Source: an uncultured virus (IMG/VR IMGVR_UViG_3300035698_018388) (lineage: Duplodnaviria > Heunggongvirae > Uroviricota > Caudoviricetes). From it: DNA of 64,000 nucleotides. Below, piece after piece: positions 56,914 to 64,000 of this stretch; within the stretch, counting starts at the first letter, position 1; each line of letters opens with the position of its first letter. Location: IMG/VR virus record IMGVR_UViG_3300035698_018388. One strand, 5' to 3'. The notes under the pieces are model-generated. The model was given only the letters and a program-made list of their open reading frames with translations. It was not told the DNA's origin and ran no database searches. A program made the translations under genes and the position numbers.

Positions 56914-58014
56914 ATGAAGTTAATCGGATTTGGTAGTACAGTAAAAGGAACAGCAATTCATGGGATTATGGGGATTCGTGAAGGGGTAAAGAAAAATTCT
57001 GCTCTTTGCGATAAAAGAATCGTCGGGCTTATTATCGACAAGGGTTTGACTGCCGAAATGGTAACTTGCAAAAAGTGTTTAAAGAAGGCCTCTATCTTAA
57101 AAGGGGAAAAACCCAAAAAGAAAGCACCGGACAAAAAAGCACTTTCGCAAACAACTCCTGTTCCGGCAAAGAAGACTCCAGCACCGGTAAAGGAAACGGC
57201 TAAGAAGCCACCTATAAAGCCCAAGGCAACACCCAAAACACCGGTCAAGCCCAAAACCAAACCGGTCAAAAAAGCACCGGTTAAAAAGGCACCTGCTAAA
57301 AAAGCATCTGCTGCTGTTCCACCGAAAACAAAGCAAAAACAAATTGAACTACCGCTGAAGGCTTTAAATGAATTCAAACTCGATCAACAATCAACAAACG
57401 GTTTATTTTTTATAACTCATACTCCATCTGAAAAAGTCTTCTTCAAAAACATTGAAGCCGGTCTCGCAACCGAAATTTTGAAAATTGTAAATCAACTGAC
57501 CGTCGGTTGGAATGGGAAAGAAAGTCTTCCCAAGGAATTTCGGTCTTCCGTTCTTACTGCATTTAAACAGGCTCATGTAAATTTGGAATTGGCCCTGCCA
57601 ACAAAATTTGAAGAACGGGAAGAAAAGGAACAAAATGATGAACCGCCGAAAATAACAAGACGGGGAGTCAAAAAAGGTAATTCCAAAACGGAAACGAAAA
57701 TAACAAGACGCCATGCAAAAAAAAGATCAACTGTTAATATTGATCAGCCGATTACAAGGAGAAAAAGGACTCCAACAAAGGTTGTCCGGCACTTCTTACA
57801 TTATGGAGGACAACTTACATCTGTTCTGGTTGAACTGGTAACCGAATTTGGGTTTACCGAAACCAGAGCACAAGCAAAATTCAAATCTATTCTCCGGAAA
57901 ATAACCAGAATACAAAGAAGAACGGTCGTTCATACCATAACAAATCACCCGTTAAACGACCACTACATTTTTTTACCGTCAAGAAAATTACCGGAAGATG
58001 AAGCTAAGGAATAA
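56914..58014 (+). CDS. basic protein with Lys/Pro/Ala-rich (histone H1-like) linker and ITRR repeats
   Basis: PAKK/PVKK repeats, N-terminal Cys cluster, three ITRR motifs. Confidence 0.75.
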   Translation: MKLIGFGSTVKGTAIHGIMGIREGVKKNSALCDKRIVGLIIDKGLTAEMVTCKKCLKKASILKGEKPKKKAPDKKALSQTTPVPAKKTPAPVKETAKKPPIKPKATPKTPVKPKTKPVKKAPVKKAPAKKASAAVPPKTKQKQIELPLKALNEFKLDQQSTNGLFFITHTPSEKVFFKNIEAGLATEILKIVNQLTVGWNGKESLPKEFRSSVLTAFKQAHVNLELALPTKFEEREEKEQNDEPPKITRRGVKKGNSKTETKITRRHAKKRSTVNIDQPITRRKRTPTKVVRHFLHYGGQLTSVLVELVTEFGFTETRAQAKFKSILRKITRIQRRTVVHTITNHPLNDHYIFLPSRKLPEDEAKE

Positions 58015-58021
58015 ACCTTAA

Positions 58022-58089
58022 CAGCAGATAGCCATTAGGATCTGTGCGGTAGTACTCAATTGGAGGACTGAGTACTGCGTTGGCTAAAA
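58022..58089 (+). ncRNA. pistol-like element lacking P1, copy 2
   Basis: Core identical to 54361 copy, different P3 (gtagtactca/tgagtactgc); predicted cut 58079/58080. Confidence 0.65.
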
Positions 58090-58119
58090 TAAATTAATAA
58101 ACAACATAAGGAGGAGAAA

Positions 58120-58995
58120 ATGAAAAGTCAGAAGGTAGATCTTCACGAAGACGGAATTCTTATTTCCATAAAGATTAGAAAGTGGGATGCTCGTAAATCG
58201 CAGAATGTCAAACAATTAGGAAAAGACATTCCCGCTGAAATTATTAGAGCATCGAAAAGTCTTATTGATGACCGAACCGTTCTCAAGGACTTTTCCCGGC
58301 TTGGAAGGGAGGCAAAACATTTTATAAAAATGAATAGTGCTCCTTTCCCGGTTGATAGTGTTTTCTGGATTCCCAAAGAAAGAGTAATTGCCATAGACGA
58401 AAAGCTCATTGATATCGAACAAAGATTTACAGTTTTAAAAAATGAGCTTGCAAAAAACATCGGCAAATTTCAGAAGCGTTATGCAAAAAAATATCCTGCA
58501 TTTTATGACCCTGAAAAATATCCCTCTCCAGAAGAAATAAAAGCAAAATTTAATATCAAATGGAGATTCTTTGATATGACATTACCAACAACAAAGAAAG
58601 GTCTTTCTGTAAAGATGCTTCGCCGAGAAGAAGAAAAAGCAAAACAAATGGTGAAGGAAATTGAAGAAATGACCCTCAATATGTTTGGTAATGCGATCAT
58701 AAGAAGACTTGCGAAACTGAATACTCAGTGTAGCGATGGCAGGGCAAATCAGGGAACTTTAAATTCGATAAATAAACTTCTGAAAAATTGGGAAGACCTC
58801 TGGGGTAATCATGTTGACGATAACTCCTTCAGAATGGCAATCAACCGAATTAAAAAACAAATGAAAAAAACAGATGCGGTAAGACTCAGGGACAACGATG
58901 ATTTCAGAAACAAAGTCGAAAAGGAAACTAAAAAGATCATCGGCAAAATTAAGAACGTTCCCAACTTCCAGTTGAACCGAAAAATTTCTTTGTAA
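58120..58995 (+). CDS. DUF3150-like protein
   Basis: I.I..W..RK, K.LID, FWIP, YP....I..KF...W pattern; AAGGAGGAGAA RBS. Confidence 0.6.
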   Translation: MKSQKVDLHEDGILISIKIRKWDARKSQNVKQLGKDIPAEIIRASKSLIDDRTVLKDFSRLGREAKHFIKMNSAPFPVDSVFWIPKERVIAIDEKLIDIEQRFTVLKNELAKNIGKFQKRYAKKYPAFYDPEKYPSPEEIKAKFNIKWRFFDMTLPTTKKGLSVKMLRREEEKAKQMVKEIEEMTLNMFGNAIIRRLAKLNTQCSDGRANQGTLNSINKLLKNWEDLWGNHVDDNSFRMAINRIKKQMKKTDAVRLRDNDDFRNKVEKETKKIIGKIKNVPNFQLNRKISL

Positions 58996-59093
58996 AAACC
59001 GGCCTGACGAAAATAAAACAGGGTTAAACCGCCGAAGCACTTGAGAAGTACTTTATAAGTATTTGAATTAATGGGCAATAAAAAATATTGCAA

Positions 59094-59122
59094 TTGCCCG
59101 TTATTTAATGTTAGGTTATAAC
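59094..59122 (+). promoter_or_regulatory. possible promoter for replication genes
   Basis: TTGCCC-17bp-TATAAC, overlapping an inverted-repeat arm. Confidence 0.4.
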
Positions 59123-59161
59123 CCTGTTTTATTTTTAAATAAACGCATATGGAGATAAGAA

Positions 59162-59605
59162 ATGAAAAAAAAATTAACGCTCTGTCTTTACTGTGAATTC
59201 GCCCCGCCATTGTTCAGCGAAAAAAAAACAAGATGCCCTCAATCTAAAAAGATGGTAAACACCCAAAGCAAGAACTGTAAAAAATTCTCCCCGAAAAATT
59301 ATTTTCGCTGCCTTAAATCTAATCAACGGATACACTTTGCTGCATGCATTGGCCGCCGACTTAATACACAACTAAGTCCACATGAAAAATGCAAAAAGTG
59401 TCGGCAATTTGAAACAGAAATTTTGCCAATCATAACTTCATTTGGAATCGAAATGCAAAAAAGACCGAAAAAAAAGAAAGGGTCAACAATTACAAGACGA
59501 GAAAAAACAGAAACAATTGAAGAACCAAAATCAAAAATAACAAGACGGGGAAAAACAAAAATCGCAAGGCGTAAAAAATCAACGATCACAAGGAGGGGAA
59601 AATAA
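59162..59605 (+). CDS. Cys-rich basic protein with ITRR repeats
   Basis: Several Cys pairs; tail TITRR..KITRR..KIARR..TITRR. Confidence 0.7.
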   Translation: MKKKLTLCLYCEFAPPLFSEKKTRCPQSKKMVNTQSKNCKKFSPKNYFRCLKSNQRIHFAACIGRRLNTQLSPHEKCKKCRQFETEILPIITSFGIEMQKRPKKKKGSTITRREKTETIEEPKSKITRRGKTKIARRKKSTITRRGK

Positions 59606-59980
59606 ATGAAGGTAGTAAAAGCCTCAAATTATCAATCCGCATATGCCGTTCTAACCGGAAGGTGGTTGCGGATAAACACGATAGAATCAACATTTGATAG
59701 AGATGAAGAAAACGGCCAAATATTACCCTCTAAAATTGAAAGTCCTGAAAAAACATTATTAAAAAAAGAAGCATTTGAATTATTATCTGCCGAAGCCAAA
59801 GAAATAATAAATACCATTTTAAATGGCCCCGAAGAAATTCTCGATCTATTTGCAAGTCCTGTCGAAAAGAAAATAAATAAGAGGAGAATCACAAAGTACT
59901 ACTGTGATCAATGGAATTCAAAATTAATTGTCAACTCTGTTATTGCCGAGATAAAGGAATGGACACAAAACCTCAAATAA
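59606..59980 (+). CDS. hypothetical protein (possible DNA-binding)
   Basis: ORF abutting upstream stop; LS.EAKEII helix. Confidence 0.6.
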   Translation: MKVVKASNYQSAYAVLTGRWLRINTIESTFDRDEENGQILPSKIESPEKTLLKKEAFELLSAEAKEIINTILNGPEEILDLFASPVEKKINKRRITKYYCDQWNSKLIVNSVIAEIKEWTQNLK

Positions 59981-61350
59981 AAATTCTTGATGCCGTTCAT
60001 TGCAAAGCAAATGCCAAAGCAAGGAAATTAATACTCCCTTGTCTGACGGTAAAAATTGCAACAAGAGAAAAAACGAAATACGGAACCGTCCCGGGGACAG
60101 GAACCAAATCACTTATCACCGGGTATAATGGTTCTGCAGGAATCTTCTTAACTGGTTTTTTGCCGAAAATTAAAAAGTACTGCAAAAAAAATGAAATAAA
60201 AATTAAAATAAAAGGAATGGAGGAGAAGATTGTCCCTGAGACAAAAAGCCCAAAATTAAAAGGGATAACATTCAGGAACAATCAAATAAAAGCAATTAAA
60301 AAGGCTTGCAGAAAAGGCCGAGGGCAAATCGTATTTCCTACAGGAAGTGGGAAGACGATTATAGCCCTCGGCCTTTTTTTGTGCTTTAAATCCAGTGTTA
60401 GATTATTCCTTTGTCACACTAATGATATATACGATCAAACAATAGCGGAGTTAAAAAAATATAAATTAAAACATTATGAAATTACTACCAAATCAAATTG
60501 GGATGAAATTAAAAAAAAGAAATCCTGCATATTAATTTCAAAAGTTCAATCATTTGCAAGAATAAATATTGATAATTATATTGACTTCATTGATATGGTT
60601 ATTGTTGATGAGGTACACCATGTGAATAAAGAAGATAGTCAATATGGGAAAATCCTAAAACACATGCTTGCCCCTATTAGGATTGGCCTCACCGCAACAA
60701 TTGATCCAAACAAATTAAAAGCATTAATAGCAGAAGGACTATTCGGACCGATAATATATGAACTATCAATAAAAGAAGGAGTAGAACTCGGACAAATAGT
60801 AAAACCAAAAATAAACTTAGAGGCGGTTCCTTATGATATAAGAATAAATAAAAAGGGAAACTACAAATTTAAAGATCTCTATAAATATGGCATTGTAGAA
60901 AACAGAGCCAGAAATAGAATTATTGCAAATATAGCGAAAGAAGAAGTTGATAAAAATAATATTGTTTTAATTCTTATTGAAAAAATTGAACATGGTGAAA
61001 GAATAAAAAAAGCTCTTGCCAGAAAAAACATAAAGGCCCCTTTTGTTCATGGTGGAACCAAAAGAGAAATTAGAACAGAAGTAAAAAACAAATTAATAAA
61101 TAAAAAAATAAATATAGCAATTGCTTCTCGTGTATGGAAAGAGGGAATAAATATTCCATCTTTAAACCATATCATAAATGCTGCTGGTTATAAGGATGAA
61201 AAAGGTGTACTACAAGCCCTCGGGCGTGGTCTGCGGCCTGATAAAAATAAATCAATGATAACCCTAACAGATTTTTGCGACCCGTACAGATTCCTCGCAG
61301 AGCATTCTATTTTCCGAATTCAAATATATATCCAAAAGGGGTGGCTATGA
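59959..61350 (+). CDS. SF2 DNA helicase (UvsW/ResIII-like)
   Basis: PTGSGKT, IVDEVHH, GLTAT, EGINIP.L, QALGRGLR motifs; AAGGA RBS before ATG 59959. Confidence 0.92.
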   Translation: MDTKPQIKILDAVHCKANAKARKLILPCLTVKIATREKTKYGTVPGTGTKSLITGYNGSAGIFLTGFLPKIKKYCKKNEIKIKIKGMEEKIVPETKSPKLKGITFRNNQIKAIKKACRKGRGQIVFPTGSGKTIIALGLFLCFKSSVRLFLCHTNDIYDQTIAELKKYKLKHYEITTKSNWDEIKKKKSCILISKVQSFARINIDNYIDFIDMVIVDEVHHVNKEDSQYGKILKHMLAPIRIGLTATIDPNKLKALIAEGLFGPIIYELSIKEGVELGQIVKPKINLEAVPYDIRINKKGNYKFKDLYKYGIVENRARNRIIANIAKEEVDKNNIVLILIEKIEHGERIKKALARKNIKAPFVHGGTKREIRTEVKNKLINKKINIAIASRVWKEGINIPSLNHIINAAGYKDEKGVLQALGRGLRPDKNKSMITLTDFCDPYRFLAEHSIFRIQIYIQKGWL

Positions 61351-61598
61351 CAAATCTTCTAACTATGAAAAAAGCAATGGATACAATTGGCTGTCATGGA
61401 TTGCCAAAAGAAGTAGGACAACCCGATTGGCAAACATTTATTTGTCACCCTATGGTTTATCATAATCTGACGTTGGTAGAGGCAAGAGCCCTTCTTGAAT
61501 TTTTTGGAACACTTGTAGATCGGGGTAAGCCAATAGATAGGATTTTAAAACAGATAGCTGAAAAATATCCGCAACAAATCGGGAGGGATAAAAAATGA
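61347..61598 (+). CDS. hypothetical protein
   Basis: ATGA coupling to helicase. Confidence 0.6.
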   Translation: MTNLLTMKKAMDTIGCHGLPKEVGQPDWQTFICHPMVYHNLTLVEARALLEFFGTLVDRGKPIDRILKQIAEKYPQQIGRDKK

Positions 61599-62152
61599 TT
61601 ACTCTCTCAAAAATTAAAAGAGCCATAAAAGAATTAAATTTTTTCTCAAGAATTAATTTTGCAGATGTTAACGAAAAAAGGCAAATGATAGGTCTTGATC
61701 CGCTTACCAAAACAGATGTATGGCCTAAAATTGAAACGAATTATTATCCAAGTGAAAATGTAGCAATGATGACAAAAGAAACAGTAACAAAATACAAAGA
61801 TAGAACGAATATAGAAATAGAAGAAGTATTTGCAGATATGGCATTTGGATTTAATCAACCACCACCAACTCCGTATATAGATACAGAAGGAGAACTTGTA
61901 ACAGATAGATCATTTGAAAACGATCTTGAAAATGCTCTTCTTGAAAGTAGAACTTTCGATCCTTCTCCATTTGCACTACCAGCCCATACCCATAGTCATA
62001 CTGGCGCCGACCATGCCAATCATAGTCATCAGGGTAGTTTAGTTTATGGAACCGGAGCAAATCCACCCCAAGGAATAATTAGAGACTTAATCGAAAAAGA
62101 AGAAAAACCAAAAATTCATCCATCTAAACTCCTAAGGAAAATAGTATTATGA
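61595..62152 (+). CDS. hypothetical protein with His-rich segment
   Basis: ATGA coupling; HTHSHTGADHANHSH. Confidence 0.6.
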   Translation: MITLSKIKRAIKELNFFSRINFADVNEKRQMIGLDPLTKTDVWPKIETNYYPSENVAMMTKETVTKYKDRTNIEIEEVFADMAFGFNQPPPTPYIDTEGELVTDRSFENDLENALLESRTFDPSPFALPAHTHSHTGADHANHSHQGSLVYGTGANPPQGIIRDLIEKEEKPKIHPSKLLRKIVL

Positions 62153-63078
62153 CAATCATAGATCTTCTAAAAGAACAAGGAGTAAGAATCTGGACTGAAG
62201 GAAAAAATGTTAGAAAAGGATGCGTAAATATTCAGTGCTGCTATTGCGATGATAAAAGTAACCACCTTGGAATAAACAAAAGAACACTAAAATCAGATTG
62301 CTGGCGATGCGGTGAAAAAAACATATACTCCATTTTAGCAACAGTAACAGATTTATCCAAAAAACAAATAAGAGAAGAAATTAGAAAAATCCGTTCTGAA
62401 AACAAAGGAGATATATCTTATGAAAAAGAATCAACAACAAAGGATACAGCATCAATAACCCATCTACCAAAAGAAGCAATAGATATTTTTCCAAAAGGCC
62501 ATATTAGATACCTTAGAAAAGAAAGGTGTCTTTCAAATAATCGAATAAAAGAAATAATATCAAAATATAAATTAAAAGCCGTTCATACAGAAAGCAAATA
62601 TAGATTCAGGATTATTATCCCTATATACATGAATCATAAACTCGTTGCTTTTACTTCAAGAGCAATATCTAAAAAGCAAGAACCAAAATATTTAAACTGC
62701 ACCCCAAAAGATTGTTCCTTAAATCCAAAATGTCTTATTTATAATTATGATACAATTGAATCCGGTGGAAACGCTATCGCTGTTGAAGGCCCAACGGATG
62801 TATGGGCTCTTGGAGATAAGAGCTTTGCATTGTTAGGTGTTGAAACAACAAAAGAACAATTGACGATGTTAATAAAAAAGAAGATCAAAAAACTATTTGT
62901 TTTCTTTGATAATGATGGTCCGGGTAGAAGAAGATCATATTTCTTCGCAAGGAACATGTCGCATATTTGCCGCAATGTTACAAATATAAAATTAAAGAGG
63001 GGGACAAAACTTGATCCGGGAGAATTAACAGAAACAGAAGTAGAAAAAATAAAGTATGATATTAATTTTTATAATTGA
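62149..63078 (+). CDS. DNA primase (DnaG-type)
   Basis: Zn finger C.YC.D...H...CWRC; RIIIP; TOPRIM VEGPTD and FDND..G. Confidence 0.92.
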   Translation: MTIIDLLKEQGVRIWTEGKNVRKGCVNIQCCYCDDKSNHLGINKRTLKSDCWRCGEKNIYSILATVTDLSKKQIREEIRKIRSENKGDISYEKESTTKDTASITHLPKEAIDIFPKGHIRYLRKERCLSNNRIKEIISKYKLKAVHTESKYRFRIIIPIYMNHKLVAFTSRAISKKQEPKYLNCTPKDCSLNPKCLIYNYDTIESGGNAIAVEGPTDVWALGDKSFALLGVETTKEQLTMLIKKKIKKLFVFFDNDGPGRRRSYFFARNMSHICRNVTNIKLKRGTKLDPGELTETEVEKIKYDINFYN

Positions 63079-63089
63079 AGGAGGATAAA

Positions 63090-63470
63090 ATGGGAGAACA
63101 AAAAGTTACAAATAAAAACCTTGAAGATATTAAACGAGTTTTAAAACACCCGTCTCTTTTAGTCTCAAAAGAAATGGTTCTATCCTTTGGAATTAAAACC
63201 GCTGTATTCTTATCCTTTCTTCAAATAGAACATGAAAATTTTGAAGATGAAAATAAATTAACAAAAGATGGATATTTTTATTGTGGAAAAAGAAAAATTG
63301 AAAGATCGACAAAAATTTCGTTTAAAGCCCAGACGAAAATTATAAAAACTCTAAAGAGTACAAAGATCATAGATGTAAAAAAAAGAGGTGTTCCGGGGAA
63401 ATACTATTATAAAATTCTTCTTGGTGTTGAAAAACATAGAAAATATTCTAATATGATGGAGGCAATATGA
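63090..63470 (+). CDS. winged-helix replication initiator-like protein
   Basis: DGYFY......T......Q...IK.L....II....RG.P...YY.I; AAGGAGG RBS. Confidence 0.7.
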   Translation: MGEQKVTNKNLEDIKRVLKHPSLLVSKEMVLSFGIKTAVFLSFLQIEHENFEDENKLTKDGYFYCGKRKIERSTKISFKAQTKIIKTLKSTKIIDVKKRGVPGKYYYKILLGVEKHRKYSNMMEAI

Positions 63471-64000
63471 AATCAGAAAATAGATATAAACAAATGGTTG
63501 GAGGTGGGCGATTTCATATCATAAGTGAAAATTGGAGAATAATTCTTGGATTAAAAGCAGCTTTATTTATTTCCGATCTAAAATTAAAATATAGTATATG
63601 GAAAAACAATCTTGATGACGACGGATATTTTTATTGTACCCAAGAAAAAATTCAAGAGGATACTGGCCTTACTCCAAAACAACAACGCAAAATAATAAAG
63701 ACGTTGAAAGAACTAAACGTATTAGAAATAAAAAAGAAGGGTGTTCCTAAAAAAAGTTATTACAAAATAAATTTTGATGCAGAAATGGAAGCGATAAAAA
63801 AGGGCGCAACTGAACAGGCAAAAAGTGCCTATACAGATAGGCAAAAAGTGCGTAAAAGAATTAATACTAAAACAACTAATAACTATAAACATAAAGAAGT
63901 TTATAGTTATGCTAACGAAGATAAATCTTCGTTAGATAATAATTTTTCCTCTGGAAAAATAAAGATTACAAGACGGAATAAAAAACCACGATTAAAAAAT
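63467..64000 (+). CDS. replication initiator protein, truncated by window end
   Basis: MKSENRY...DGYFYCTQEKIQEDTGLT..QQRKIIKTL...KGVPKKSYYKINF; open to window end. Confidence 0.75.
   Translation, partial: MKSENRYKQMVGGGRFHIISENWRIILGLKAALFISDLKLKYSIWKNNLDDDGYFYCTQEKIQEDTGLTPKQQRKIIKTLKELNVLEIKKKGVPKKSYYKINFDAEMEAIKKGATEQAKSAYTDRQKVRKRINTKTTNNYKHKEVYSYANEDKSSLDNNFSSGKIKITRRNKKPRLKN
63816..63935. repeat. iteron-like direct repeats and palindromes (candidate origin)
   Basis: aggcaaaaagtgc at 63816 and 63839; inverted repeats taactataaac/gtttatagtta and ctaacgaagat/atcttcgttag. Confidence 0.5.

Noticed and set aside
48684..58089. CRISPR array
   Set aside because: Repeats are separated by whole ORFs of variable length and vary internally; no cas genes
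59001..59040. Fifth hammerhead at CTGACGA
   Set aside because: No stem II closed by GAAA and no stem III/UH arrangement
1..64000. tRNA genes, integrase or alternative genetic code
   Set aside because: No cloverleaf or recombinase motif noticed; genes read as full length in the standard code with all three stops used

Overview
This 64 kb window is part of a tailed dsDNA phage with an HK97-type head and a Mu-like contractile tail. From 3.9 to 46.4 kb the minus strand carries the morphogenesis arm: terminases, lysis genes, many fibre/LamG-like genes, portal, a MuF minor head protein fused to a type IB topoisomerase and an R-S-E ADP-ribosyltransferase-like domain, protease, capsid, neck, sheath/tube, tape measure and Mu-like baseplate. 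The plus strand has a GNAT fragment and a Maf-type glycosyltransferase at the left end. After a 1.75 kb non-coding interval (probable genome end plus an ~850 nt structured leader RNA) come an early gene array (48.1-59.0 kb) and replication genes (helicase, primase, initiators). The most striking feature is the early array, which is punctuated by 18 RNA elements, each placed right after a stop codon and before a near-invariant AAGGAGGAGAA ribosome-binding site. These are 4 type II hammerhead ribozymes, 2 circularly permuted pistol-like ribozymes, 2 P1-less pistol-like elements and 10 RNase III-like stems. The upstream leader RNA shows a loop (UUCUCCUCC) complementary to that shared RBS. All functional calls come from reading motifs by eye; no database searches were run.
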